DNA of 64,000 nucleotides from an uncultured Methanosarcinaceae archaeon (GCA_963833425.1 CAWHXP010000013.1:1-64000); one strand, 5' to 3'. Shown: positions 10,698-22,156, numbered from the stretch's first letter. Numbers and translations: made by a program. Notes: generated by a model not told the origin, from the letters alone.

Positions 10698-11864
10698 TTA
10701 TTTGTGCAATTCAATTACTTTATAGTATAATTCAAGGGCCTTTTGAGCTATTGTTTTCCAGTTATATTTATGTTTGAGAAGATCATATCCTTTTTCCCCC
10801 ATTTTGTTGTGGCCAAGCCCTTCAATAACATAATTAAGACCCCATGCAATGGATGAAGGTTCTCTATGAGCAATAATACCTGTCTTGAAATTATCCACAA
10901 GAGCTACCGCATCACTTGCAACTACAGGTTTCTTTGCATCCCAGGCTTCAAGTACAACGATTCCAAAGGGCTCATTTCGACTTGGTACGCACACAAGGTC
11001 ACAGGCATTAAACCACTCTATCACAGTGTTATCTGGGGCATATCCAAGGAAGTTACAAGAATTGCCAATGCCAAGTTTTTGAGCCTGATATTCACAATGA
11101 GCACGCATTTCTCCTTCTCCTATCAGTACAAACTTGGCATTCCTCTTTTTGAGAACCTTTGCAGCAGCTTCCACAAGCAAGTCAGGCCCTTTCTGATACG
11201 CCATCCTCCCAGTGAAGAGTACAACTGGGAGACATGGATGAATGCCATAATGTTTTTTTACTTCCCCAGGATCGATTTTTCTTTTTATTTTTCCAACATT
11301 TATTCCGTTAGGAATCTCCCATAGCTTATACTCAGGAATTGCGTAAATCTGCCGAATTTCTTCTTTCAATATGGTCGAGGTCGTGATCACAGCAGAAGAT
11401 TCGTATCCTCCAAGCCATTCTCTATGAGATATTTCCTTTGCCTCCCACCAGTCTCCGTGACGATTCCCATTGCGCCCCCATTCAGTACTGTGAAAGGTCA
11501 TCACAAAAGGCAAACTAAACTGGGCTTTAATCCTACAGAGGACATTTACGGGATGCCAGTCATGTCCTTGCAAGATATCAAATTCACCTACTTTTTCTTT
11601 CACATCCAGGAACCGACAGTACATATTGTCGCACATCCTGTTCATTTGTTCAACTAATCTTCCATTTTGATCACATGCAACTCTATGATAGTGGACCCCA
11701 TTAATCACTTCATCACTGTTTTCATGGCCTCGTGTAAACAAATGGACATCATGTCCTTCTACCGCTAAAGCATCTGAGAGTTCAGATACATGGGGTGCAA
11801 TACCTCCTACACGGATCGAATATAAACTTTCCCAGGAAAAAATCCCTATTCGAATTTTTTTCAT
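10698..11864 (-). CDS. GT4 family glycosyltransferase (glycogen-synthase-like)
   Basis: GGIAPHV, HDWH, FTGRMAYQKG, PSRNEPFGIVVLEA. Confidence 0.9.
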   Translation of the reverse strand: MKKIRIGIFSWESLYSIRVGGIAPHVSELSDALAVEGHDVHLFTRGHENSDEVINGVHYHRVACDQNGRLVEQMNRMCDNMYCRFLDVKEKVGEFDILQGHDWHPVNVLCRIKAQFSLPFVMTFHSTEWGRNGNRHGDWWEAKEISHREWLGGYESSAVITTSTILKEEIRQIYAIPEYKLWEIPNGINVGKIKRKIDPGEVKKHYGIHPCLPVVLFTGRMAYQKGPDLLVEAAAKVLKKRNAKFVLIGEGEMRAHCEYQAQKLGIGNSCNFLGYAPDNTVIEWFNACDLVCVPSRNEPFGIVVLEAWDAKKPVVASDAVALVDNFKTGIIAHREPSSIAWGLNYVIEGLGHNKMGEKGYDLLKHKYNWKTIAQKALELYYKVIELHK

Positions 11865-12526
11865 AGATCCACTAACTCCTTTTTGTCAAAATGAGGGTTA
11901 AAGAAAAATAAATAATGGAAAAATCCTCATTTTCCATTATTTGTTTAATATTAATCCCCGAAGTTTATAGTAATTAACCACACTCTGTACTTTGCACGAA
12001 ATACAGACAGTTAATGACTGAGTCGGATCACAAATATCCTACAGTAGCCTATTTTAAGCCCCCTTAAACCTTCAATTGGCCACAAGTAGGTAAGTATCTA
12101 ATCGTTTTTTAATAATTTGAAGCCAGTTTTTTCCTTACCTATCGAGTCCTGCAATCCAGTAACTAACCTTCTATTTACTTCTAGATAAATATATCTGTGA
12201 ATTTTCATAATGTTTTGGACTAGGTAATAAGAAATCTTTCTTCATAGCTCCTCTTATAGAACAAGTTTCTCAGATATTATTACCTCTTTAGATATGGTAT
12301 TTTCCCTAAGGTAGTAAGCGATCCACTTTCCGGAGAAGTTTTATTGATTAAAGTAATGTATTTTGCTAAAGTTCTGCTGGGATGGGAAACTTCGGAGGCA
12401 TCTGAAGGTCAGGCGTATTCCGGAGTTCCGAAGGGCTGAACAAGAAATAGTTAAGAGGTAAATTCCCAAAGACTTTCCCGTAACTTTTGAGAACAAATAT
12501 TAGAATATCACCAACGGGACAAAAAA

Positions 12527-12870
12527 ATGGAGCTAAGTCATGCAAACTATTGTGCCTCTAAAGTAGTATCCCACATGATTTCTGTGTGAAATTTCGTAAG
12601 AAATTTCTTTTAGACAATGACATCACCAACGATTTGAAATTTATATATTCTGAAATTAGTAAAAGATACATTGTTATGTTTATTAATATGTAATATGGGA
12701 ATATCCATATGTTTTCACTGGTGATGAACCAAAATATTTTCCTCAAAGGTGTGAAAATTGCAAAAAATATTATAGCAATAAAATTTTTAAAGAATATTAT
12801 GAGATTAAGAAACATATGCTTGATGATGAAGTTTGGATTGAGGGGAGTTACATACGGAACTAAGGTTGAA
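12527..12870 (+). mobile_element. Decayed IS200/IS605 TnpA relic
   Basis: MELSHANYC...HMI, VKFRKKFLLD, GDEPKYFP, KIFKEYYEIKK...W across frameshifts. Confidence 0.7.
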
Positions 12871-13620
12871 GTTGAAGCTTCCATACGCTTGGCTGAAGAT
12901 TCAGTGGTTTTATGTTTCGTACTATAAATTTTTCAATCTTTCCTAAATCTCTTTCAGCTCAATTGATAAGCTTTATCTCCTTTTGGCGTGTTTGCTGACA
13001 AAAAGTGAAAATTATTTCTACCTTCAACATTCCTAACTATCCACATTTCTTCGTGTATTTTTTTTATTCGAATGAAGTTCTGAATTAGTTCCCTAACAAT
13101 ACTATGATTCTGTAGGATTATTTTGATATAATATATATTGCTGTTTGGATTTTATTTATGATCAGAAGGAATATAATCAAAATATTCACATGATCCATAT
13201 TAAATCTAAAAAACTTTAATTTTTTTAGAGTAAGTGGTGATTCAAGTCGATCTCTATTCAGTTGATTTATGTTATTCTTACAATATCTATGCTGTTTACA
13301 TTCCATTTTCCACTTACCAAGCGGTAGGGTTAATATTTGGGATCCTTTGATGCATGAAAAACGCGAGCTTCTAAATAATGGATATTTAATTATGGAAACA
13401 TCAAACCTGTAATAAATGTATTACTTAAGTTATTCTTTAAAAAGCTATAAGAGTTACTTGCAACTTTTTTTTCGAAATTAACTTAGTGATTAATTATGAA
13501 AATCATGATACTTATGAATACCAATAAAATATTACATAATTAATATTAAAATGTTGTTTGTCTTTGTAATTTTGTAAATGGGGAAATTTTTTGTTTATAT
13601 ACATTTTTTCTTTGCAAAAA

Positions 13621-13684
13621 TTAGAAATAACTTAGATCGGTATTATAACTTAGATTGGTATTAAATTTATCTAATTATTTCTAA
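13621..13684. promoter_or_regulatory. Operator-like direct plus inverted repeat upstream of the GT/GH130 operon
   Basis: ataacttagat(c/t)ggtatt x2 (13627-13662), with inverted arms ttagaaataacttagat and atctaattatttctaa. Confidence 0.35.
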
Positions 13685-14189
13685 TAGAAAGCACATTGCT
13701 AGAGAAATATTTATTCGTAAATCCCAGTGATTATGGAGAATTTCAATAAATTTCCGATTTCAACAAATTGCTAATATAAGACGACAAACAAAAAAAATGG
13801 GGATTTATCTTAATTCTCTATACAATCTATTTATGGAATTGGAATAAGGAATATAAAACCCCTGAACTTTCTTCCAATCATTTTTTAGTTGTATTCGAAT
13901 ATTGAGTTTCCACGAAGAATCCGATCTCCAATGAAACTCAAAATTCGAGCTCTCTTGTACCATTACAATAGGTTATCTTCGAAGGATGTGGCAATTTTCA
14001 AAATTGAGTGATTTTGTTATTTTCTGTTTATCACTAGATTTTATCACTTTTGGCATCGTGTCTCAGGCAGAGGCAACGAGGATAAAAACGAATTATTAGA
14101 TCTTAGGACTTATGCAGTTGGACTGAAAAATCAATAGCATTAAGACCCTAAATTTATTATAAAAAGGCCAAATCTAAAATGGGGAATAA

Positions 14190-16628
14190 ATGAGGAATCG
14201 AATTAATCGAATTAAAGCTAGGAGGGTTCAATTGGGTAAGCAATTGCGAGTATTATTTATCGGGACTTATGTTCCAAAAGAATGTGGGATTGCTACATTT
14301 ACTTATGATCTTTTAAATTCGGTTTCTGCGGGAAATAAAGACGTTCATTGTGAAGTTATTGCTTTGATCGATCCTTCTGAAAATTATAATTATTCAGAAG
14401 AAGTTGTTTTTCAAATTGAAAGGGACAAACTCGAAGATTACTACCAAGCTGCAGATTTTATAAATCGTTCCGATGCAGACGTTATCTGTCTTCAACATGA
14501 ATTCGGTCTTTTTGGTGGGGAAGCAGGGGAATACATTTTCGCTCTTATATCTGGAATAAGTAAACCTGTAATAACAACAATGCACACTGTGATTCTGGAG
14601 CCTGAGCTTGAGTATAGATTATCAACTGAAAAACTAGTAAGGTATTCCGAAAAACTTGTTGTAATGAGTCAGACTGCAGTCAACATACTAACAGATGTTT
14701 ATGGAGTTTATGAAGATAAAATCGAAGTTATTTTCCACGGGATGCCAGACTATCCCCTTAGCGACTGCGGTAAGTATAAAAAAATGCTGAATCTTTCCGG
14801 GTCTCCTCTTATCCTCACTTTTGGCTTGCTGAGCCAAAACAAAGGTATTGAAAGTCTGCTCAAGGCCCTTCCTGATGTTATAAATCAATATCCTGACCTT
14901 GTTTATTTGATTCTGGGCGCCACGCATCCTATGATCAAAAAGAAACATGGAGAAGCATACAGGCAATATCTGAAGGGTATCGTTTCCGAACTTGAGATTG
15001 AGAATAATGTAGTATTCCATGATAAATTTGTTGAAAAAGAGGAACTCTGCAATTATATTCTTGCAAGTGATATTTATGCATCTCCCTATCTTTCCAGAGA
15101 ACAGATCGTAAGCGGCACTCTGACCTATGCCATAGGCATGGGGAAAGCAATAGTCTCCACACCTTACTGGTATGCCCAGGAAATGCTTTCCGATAACCGT
15201 GGGTTACTTGTAGATTTTGGAGACTTTGATGGCTTTAAAAATTCTCTTTTATACTTAATTGAAAATCCACAAAAATGTAATATTATGCGTCAAAATGCTT
15301 ACTATTTTGGCAGAAAAATGACATGGAAAAACGTTGGTAAAGAATATACTACTATTTTCCATAAGGCTTTAAATAACTACAATACCTATCCCAAAATACG
15401 AGACAGATTTAGTTTTCTTCCAAATAAGCTGCCTGAAGTGAAACTTGATCACTTTAAGTTATTGACTGATAATGTGGGCATTATACAGCACACAGATCTC
15501 GATGTACCCGCTTTTCGTCATGGGTATAGCACTGATGATGTGGGAAGGGCTCTTGTCGCTCTGACACAATTAGTTGATAATGAAGGTAAAACAGAAGAGA
15601 TCTTGAAGTTAATTACAACATACTTGAGCTTTCTTGAACATGCACAGACAGACACGGGCCATTTTCATAACTTCAGGAGCTATAATGGAGAATTTTTAGA
15701 TGAAAAAGGTAGTGAAGATACTCTTGGGCGTGCGATCTACGGGCTTGGTCATGTAATCAGCTGCCCTCACCTTTCAAGAAATATGCTCACACTCGCACAC
15801 CTCCTTGTCAACAGATCCAAACCGGAAATGGAAAATCTGAATTTTCCAAGGGCAAAAGCTTACACAATATGCGGTTTGTATGAGATGCTCAAAAAAAGAG
15901 TGGATGCGGATGAATTTGAGGCTCTATTCAACTCATACAGAGATTCTGTCAAGTACACAGACTTTTTTGTAGAGAAAAACGCTTTTGAATCTATTTTTGT
16001 CAATCATGCGGATTCTCTGATTGACTTATATGAGACTAACCATAACGAAGACTGGAACTGGTTTGAGCCCACAGTTACCTACAGCAATGCAAAATTAAGT
16101 GAATCTCTTTTACTTGCGTACAATTATACCAAAAATAAATATTACAAAAAAATTGGGCTCGCTACATTGGATTTTCTTACTGAGATTCAATGGAGAGACG
16201 GATTTTTTGATCTGGTTGGAAATCATGGTTGGTATTCCTTCAATGGAGAAAAACCTTTTTTTGACCAGCAACCTATAGAGGCAGGTTACCTAACTCAGGC
16301 TTATGTTTTAGCTTATGAGATTGTGCATAAAAGGAAATATCTAGAACTTGCAAAACATTCATTTGAATATTTCTTAGGCAGAAATCGCTTGCAAACTGCT
16401 ATGTACAACTACTCAACCGGTTCAGTTTGCGATGGGCTCACCAGCAAAGGCATGAACTTAAATCAAGGTGCAGAATCAGTAATTTGCTACTTCATGGCTT
16501 TGAACGGTTTAAAGAAATATGAAAATAAAGCATTTAGTACACGATTGCAATCCAGAACCAGTGAAGAAGTAGATGTTTGGGCTCTACAAAGAGTAAAGAA
16601 TGCGTCATTAGCAAATCAGACGGAATGA
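14190..16628 (+). CDS. GT4 glycosyltransferase fused to a six-hairpin (alpha/alpha)6 glycosidase-like domain
   Basis: N-terminal GT4 (PKECGIATFT, QHEFGLFGG, FGLLSQNKGIE, SGTLTYA). C-terminal domain has GIIQH, YSTDDVGRAL, FDQQPIEA, NQGAES. Confidence 0.85.
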   Translation: MRNRINRIKARRVQLGKQLRVLFIGTYVPKECGIATFTYDLLNSVSAGNKDVHCEVIALIDPSENYNYSEEVVFQIERDKLEDYYQAADFINRSDADVICLQHEFGLFGGEAGEYIFALISGISKPVITTMHTVILEPELEYRLSTEKLVRYSEKLVVMSQTAVNILTDVYGVYEDKIEVIFHGMPDYPLSDCGKYKKMLNLSGSPLILTFGLLSQNKGIESLLKALPDVINQYPDLVYLILGATHPMIKKKHGEAYRQYLKGIVSELEIENNVVFHDKFVEKEELCNYILASDIYASPYLSREQIVSGTLTYAIGMGKAIVSTPYWYAQEMLSDNRGLLVDFGDFDGFKNSLLYLIENPQKCNIMRQNAYYFGRKMTWKNVGKEYTTIFHKALNNYNTYPKIRDRFSFLPNKLPEVKLDHFKLLTDNVGIIQHTDLDVPAFRHGYSTDDVGRALVALTQLVDNEGKTEEILKLITTYLSFLEHAQTDTGHFHNFRSYNGEFLDEKGSEDTLGRAIYGLGHVISCPHLSRNMLTLAHLLVNRSKPEMENLNFPRAKAYTICGLYEMLKKRVDADEFEALFNSYRDSVKYTDFFVEKNAFESIFVNHADSLIDLYETNHNEDWNWFEPTVTYSNAKLSESLLLAYNYTKNKYYKKIGLATLDFLTEIQWRDGFFDLVGNHGWYSFNGEKPFFDQQPIEAGYLTQAYVLAYEIVHKRKYLELAKHSFEYFLGRNRLQTAMYNYSTGSVCDGLTSKGMNLNQGAESVICYFMALNGLKKYENKAFSTRLQSRTSEEVDVWALQRVKNASLANQTE

Positions 16629-16638
16629 GGAAGATAAC

Positions 16639-17673
16639 ATGATCTGGGAAGACCACGGAGAACTATTCCAAAGGTATAAGAAAAATCCTATACTTACCGT
16701 TGAAGATTGGCCTTATCAAGCCCATTCAGTATTTAATCCTGCAGCTGCTATCGTTAATAGGGTGACTATATTAATGGTGCGTGTTGAAGATCATAGGGGT
16801 TTTTCTCATTTTACGGTAGCTAGGAGCAAGAATGGAATTGATGGTTGGGAAATTGACAGTAAACCAACCTTTGCTCCAGATCCTATAAACTACCCTGAAG
16901 AGATATACGGCATTGAAGACGCGCGTATAACTTACATCGATGAGATGGGAAAATGGGCTGTAGCATATACGGCTTGGTCGGATTCTGGTCCCTTACCATC
17001 TCTTGCTTTTACAGAAGATTTCCGTAATTTTGATCGGGTAGGAGCTACTCTGCCTCCTGAGAATAAAGATGCTGCTGTTTTTCCTGTGAGAATTGATGGT
17101 AAGTGGGCGATGTTACATCGACCTGTATCTCGTATGATGGGTTCGAAGGCGAATATCTGGATATCCTTTTCTCCAGATATGAAGTACTGGGGAGACCATA
17201 AGGTTCTTCTGTATGCTCGGGAAGGTGGATGGTGGGATGCTAACAAGATAGGTTTATCTCCGCAACCAATCCGCACATCTGACGGATGGTTAATTATGTA
17301 CCATGGAGTACGCCAGACGACATCTAAAGCAAGCTATCGACTTGGATTGGCTCTTCTTGATCTTGAAAATCCCAGAAAAGTGCTTCACAGATCTGAAGGA
17401 TGGATTTTCGGGCCTCGTGAAATGTATGAACGCAGTGGGGACGTTAATGATGTTGTTTTCCCTTGCGGCTGGATTTTAGTAGATGATGAAATCCGTATTT
17501 ATTATGGAAGTGCGGATGTATCGGTATCAATGGCCAGTGCAAAAATGAATGATATCTTGGAGTATATACATAGGTGCCCTGAGACACAATGTCCTGATGA
17601 ATACTGCAGATGGTTTGAAGAAAACAGGGGTATTTCTAATGATCCAAAAAAAGGTGATGTTAAATTAAAATAA
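16639..17673 (+). CDS. GH130 family glycoside (beta-mannoside) phosphorylase, copy 1
   Basis: VFNPAA, GIEDARI, ENKDAAVFP, LHRP, MYHGV, VVFPCG, IYYGSAD. Confidence 0.85.
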   Translation: MIWEDHGELFQRYKKNPILTVEDWPYQAHSVFNPAAAIVNRVTILMVRVEDHRGFSHFTVARSKNGIDGWEIDSKPTFAPDPINYPEEIYGIEDARITYIDEMGKWAVAYTAWSDSGPLPSLAFTEDFRNFDRVGATLPPENKDAAVFPVRIDGKWAMLHRPVSRMMGSKANIWISFSPDMKYWGDHKVLLYAREGGWWDANKIGLSPQPIRTSDGWLIMYHGVRQTTSKASYRLGLALLDLENPRKVLHRSEGWIFGPREMYERSGDVNDVVFPCGWILVDDEIRIYYGSADVSVSMASAKMNDILEYIHRCPETQCPDEYCRWFEENRGISNDPKKGDVKLK

Positions 17674-18504
17674 AAATCGTGACTATTCAGTTTGGGGAAA
17701 ATGATATCATTAACCATATTATTTAAGATTTAATTGGCAAGTTTTTTGAGCTAATTTTCTTTGATTGTTGGTTATGATTGTCCTTTAGTTTTGAATGAGT
17801 TGACAATTACACATTTTGGCAAGTTAGTTAGTCTATAATTAAGTAGTTGATGTTTTCAAGGTTATAATAATTTATATGTCAAAAATTAGTCTACAGATAT
17901 TATTTTTGAGTTTTAATAGTTCTATATTATTTTGATGTTATTTCTAGACTGCTCTTATTACCGTTTTTCAGTTATTTTTGTGCCGGATTTCAGTGAGGTT
18001 ATTTAAAGCAGATCTGCTTCAGTGCATAAAAACACAAACATTTTTTTCATTGGGAACTTAATCTTGAAAGTATTAAATACTTAATGGCGGATGACCATAA
18101 TATAAATTATAAATAGGGTATATGAGTAATATTAGGGGTATTATTGTAAACTTGAAGATAAATGCGGGAGAGCCTGAAAGATATATATTTAGCGAACTCG
18201 TATTTTGGAAGACAATTCATGTTGCGACTCCAAATAAGTTTATTTGATTCAATGTTACGTTTTCTGTAATCCGTATTGCATTTTCCCTTTATAATAAGAA
18301 ATAAATGTACCTGATCAGATCTTTATGACTCTTCTCATTATTATAGGAGTCATTTTTTGACCTATTTTGACGTTTTAACTTGGGAAGAATTTAATCAGGA
18401 CATCCGTATTAGCACTGTAACTTCATAACCTACATCCTGCAAATTTACATAGATATAAACTTTGATTGCCAATTTGCCTACTTTAATCCAAAAGTTAAAC
18501 TACA

Positions 18505-18593
18505 GAGGATTTCGATAAACCCTTAAATTTTGTCTTATACTTATAATAGGTATATAAATAACTCATGAAAATAAGAGGTTTATCGAAATATTC
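18505..18593. mobile_element. MITE (~90-bp family)
   Basis: TIRs gaggatttcgataaacc ... ggtttatcgaaatattc. Confidence 0.75.
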
Positions 18594-19149
18594 TATATTT
18601 TAAGCTACAATCATATTGAGAAAACCGATGGCAATTTTTGTGTACTTCTGTGGAAAATAGGAACAAATAAACTATCGAACTTATTTGTTTCTATTTTTTA
18701 CCTTCCACATTCTAATTGACTATTTGAATCTACTGAATGAATTTAATTGAATAAATTTATTTAGGAAAATGGGTTAAAAGGACTGACAAATTATATAAAA
18801 TAAAATTTATTTAATAATCACATAATTATTTTAAATTATGTAAAAAAAAATGCTTCTGAAAAAGTAGTAACCTGCCTGGAATGTATTAATCTTTAACAAC
18901 TGTTAAATATTAATAATGTTTGTATTATAGTAAGTGTCATATACAGCGGGTTAGTCAGCCACAGCATTAACTATAATATGAATACCGAATCCATAATTTG
19001 TTACTTTAAAGCTTTAAGTTTTATAAATAAGTCTGAAAACAGATTATTAATATATTATTGCAATCCAGAATAAGTTATGGAGCAGAAACTAGGGTCTACA
19101 AAGATAGTAGAATATTTATTAATACATCAAATGGAATTGGGAAGATAAC

Positions 19150-20286
19150 ATGATATTAAAAGATCACAAAGAGATGTTCCAAAGAGATGAAAACAATCTT
19201 ATACTTACCTTTGAAGATGTGCCATCCAAGGCCCACTCAGAGAAAGCTAACATCATATTGAAAGGCCACAGAGAGCTGTTTCAAAGATATAAGAAAAATC
19301 CTATACTTACTGCTGAAGATTGGCCTTATCAAGCCCACTCAGTATTTAACCCTGCAGCAGCTATAGTTAATGGTATAACTCTGTTACTGGTACGTGTCGA
19401 AGATCACAGGGGTTTTTCTCATTTCACGGTAGCCAGGAGTAAGAATGGAATTGATGGTTGGGAAATTGACAGTAAACCAACCTTTGCTCCAGATCCTATA
19501 AACTACCCTGAAGAGATATACGGCATTGAAGACGCGCGTATAACTTACATCGATGAGATGGGAAAATGGGCTGTAGCATATACGGCTTTTTCGGATTCAG
19601 GTCCCTTAACAGCGCTTGCCTTTACAGAAGATTTTCGTAATTTTGATAGAGTGGGAGCTACCCTGCCTCCTGAAAATAAAGATGCCGCTGTTTTTCCTGT
19701 GAGATTTGATGGCATGTGGGCAATGTTACATCGGCCTGTATCTGGTATGCAGGGTTCGAAGGCAAATATCTGGATATCCTTCTCTCCGGATATGAAGTAC
19801 TGGGGAAAACATGAGGTTCTTCTGTATGCTCGGGAAGGTGGGTGGTGGGACGCTAACAAGATAGGTTTATCTCCGCAACCAATCCGCACATCTGACGGAT
19901 GGTTAATTATGTACCATGGAGTACGCCAGACGACATCTAAAGCAAGCTATCGACTTGGATTGGCTCTTCTTGATCTTGAAAATCCCAGAAAAGTGCTTCA
20001 CAGATCTGAAGGATGGGTTTTCGGGCCTCGTGAAATGTATGAACGCAGTGGGGACGTTAATGATGTTGTTTTCCCTTGCGGCTGGGTTTTAGTAGAGGAT
20101 GAAATCCGTATTTATTATGGAAGTGCGGATGTATCAGTATCAATGGCCAGTGCAAAAATGAGCGATGTCTTGGAGTATATACATGGGTGCCCTGAGACAC
20201 AATGCCCTGATGAATACTGCAGATGGTTTGAAGAAAACAGGGGTATTTCTGATGATCCAAAAAAGGGCGATGTTAAATTAAAATAA
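19150..20286 (+). CDS. GH130 family phosphorylase, copy 2, with a duplicated N-terminus
   Basis: Same motifs as copy 1, with long stretches identical at DNA level. The first 34 aa are a degenerate copy of the next 34. Confidence 0.85.
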   Translation: MILKDHKEMFQRDENNLILTFEDVPSKAHSEKANIILKGHRELFQRYKKNPILTAEDWPYQAHSVFNPAAAIVNGITLLLVRVEDHRGFSHFTVARSKNGIDGWEIDSKPTFAPDPINYPEEIYGIEDARITYIDEMGKWAVAYTAFSDSGPLTALAFTEDFRNFDRVGATLPPENKDAAVFPVRFDGMWAMLHRPVSGMQGSKANIWISFSPDMKYWGKHEVLLYAREGGWWDANKIGLSPQPIRTSDGWLIMYHGVRQTTSKASYRLGLALLDLENPRKVLHRSEGWVFGPREMYERSGDVNDVVFPCGWVLVEDEIRIYYGSADVSVSMASAKMSDVLEYIHGCPETQCPDEYCRWFEENRGISDDPKKGDVKLK

Positions 20287-20439
20287 AAATCAAAAGTATG
20301 GTCTTCAGAGCTAATTAGCTTATGTCTATCCAGAAAAGTTGCGTACTCGCTTTCAGAATTTCATTTCTTTCACTGTATAGTTTTTTGATTCTCTGTGTGC
20401 CTGTAAGCTTAGAAAAAGAGTGTATTTTGATAAAGTGTA

Positions 20440-21420
20440 GAGAATCTTAATAAAATTTTATATTTAAGTATTGGAGAATTTAAATCCCTTAATAATAATT
20501 TTTACTCATGAAAAATCCGACTGATTTTGCTCTCAAAGAAGAATAAAAACATCTTCAATTAGTTTGAAACAAACTTTCTAAAATTGATCCCTAATTAATT
20601 GGAAATCATTTCATATCATTTTTGAGTCCATTCATTTTAACAAAAAGCTTTATGAAACAGACCTGAAGCTGAAATTATCGTTATGTTGAAAATGTTTGTT
20701 TTACAGCAATGGCGTGATTTTTTCGACTTTAAATTTGATAAACAATGAATTGATCGAATTTCGTTCAAAATATTTCTTGTTTTTACTTAGTACATACCAG
20801 ACAAACTGCAGTCTGATCATTCAGAATGAGAATTAGTGATAACCAAATAAGAATAAATACGGAGATAGTTAAAGCCAACTTGATAACCTTGGTTTGTAAA
20901 TAGAAAATGAATAATTCAAAAAGCTACTTTGTATCCATTTATATCCTTAACATTTTAAAAAGAATAAACATCGAGAAAATGAAGCAAAAAAGAAAAAGAA
21001 ATGACTAGACATGAGTAAAAAAGAATCAAGCCAAACTCTGTAAACAAACTTTAACACATCGTGCACAAAGAAAATGATCTGATCAAAATATTCAAAACAA
21101 AAACTGTATAATTCCGTAATTTTTAGGTAGATTTATCAGAAAAAAATGAAGTGTTTTACAGGGACAGATGAAACTTGGGAGTAAAATCGAATATTTTACG
21201 CTGCAACAATGAGAAGATCAGTAAAAAATGCCCTCTAGAAATAATGGATATATTAAGGAACAAGAAAATTAATTAAAAAGAGTCACAAGGAATTGAGTTT
21301 ACCCAATAACTTAAAAAATATCTAAAGAGGAACATATTTTCAATCGAAGACCTATGAAAATCCTAAAAATAGATAAGTGAAATTGGAACTAAAAGTATGT
21401 AATTTTCATAATCTATTTCT
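20440..21420 (+). mobile_element. Heavily decayed IS5-family element
   Basis: MKNPTDFALKEE, RPEAEIIVMLKMFVLQQW, IDRISF, VDLSEKNEVFYRD are recoverable across many stops and frameshifts. Confidence 0.8.
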
Positions 21421-21574
21421 CTCGAACGATCTAATCGAGCGATGGACTTTTAGATAACGAAGCGAAATTCGACTGGCGATGCATTTACATGCAAGGTGAA
21501 CATACAACGTATAGAATTCCAACAAAAAGAAAGATATGCTAAAAATTACATCAGAAAAATGTTGAGGATTAGAA

Positions 21575-22042
21575 ATGACTGTTTGGAAAGAAAAGAAAGT
21601 TGTTCTGCATACAACTATGGGTGACATAACAATTGAGTTTTCTGAAGACAAGCCAATAACAGTGGGAAACTTTGCAAAACTCGTGGACAACGGATTCTAT
21701 GATGGAGTTATCTTCCACAGGATCATCGATAAATTTATGATTCAAAGCGGAGATCCCACAGGAACGGGGATGGGAGGGCCAGGATATGAAATCCCAGACG
21801 AATTCACAAAGTATAACCAGAACTCTAGGGGAACTATCTCCATGGCAAATGCTGGCCCAAATACTGGAGGTAGCCAGTTCTTTATCAACCTTGTAAACAA
21901 TAATCATCTCGACAAAATGCATCCTGTTTTCGGGAAGGTAATAGCTGGCATGGAAGTTGTGGATGCTATTGGAAAGGTGAAAACCGACCGTCAAGATAGA
22001 CCTAAAACTGAAGTTAAGATTATAAAGGCTGAACTAGTATAA
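21575..22042 (+). CDS. Cyclophilin-type peptidyl-prolyl cis-trans isomerase
   Basis: FHRIIDKFMIQ, GTISMANAGPNTGGSQFFIN, HPVFGKV. Confidence 0.95.
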   Translation: MTVWKEKKVVLHTTMGDITIEFSEDKPITVGNFAKLVDNGFYDGVIFHRIIDKFMIQSGDPTGTGMGGPGYEIPDEFTKYNQNSRGTISMANAGPNTGGSQFFINLVNNNHLDKMHPVFGKVIAGMEVVDAIGKVKTDRQDRPKTEVKIIKAELV

Positions 22043-22067
22043 AATTTCTTATTTTGAGCCTATTTTA

Positions 22068-22156
22068 GAGTATTTCGATAAACCCTTGATTTTCACGAAT
22101 AATGATAGTATTATTTAATATGCATATGAAGAAATTTAGGGGTTATCAAGATATTT
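22068..22156. mobile_element. MITE (~90-bp family, reverse orientation)
   Basis: gagtatttcgataaacc ... ggggttatcaagatatt. Confidence 0.65.

Noticed and set aside
11960..12480. Possible decayed SagB/nitroreductase gene on the minus strand
   Set aside because: Only faint motif resemblance; not supportable without a search.
18122..18247. 41-aa small ORF with a hairpin/T-tract downstream near 18326-18360
   Set aside because: No homology or strong SD evidence; could be chance.
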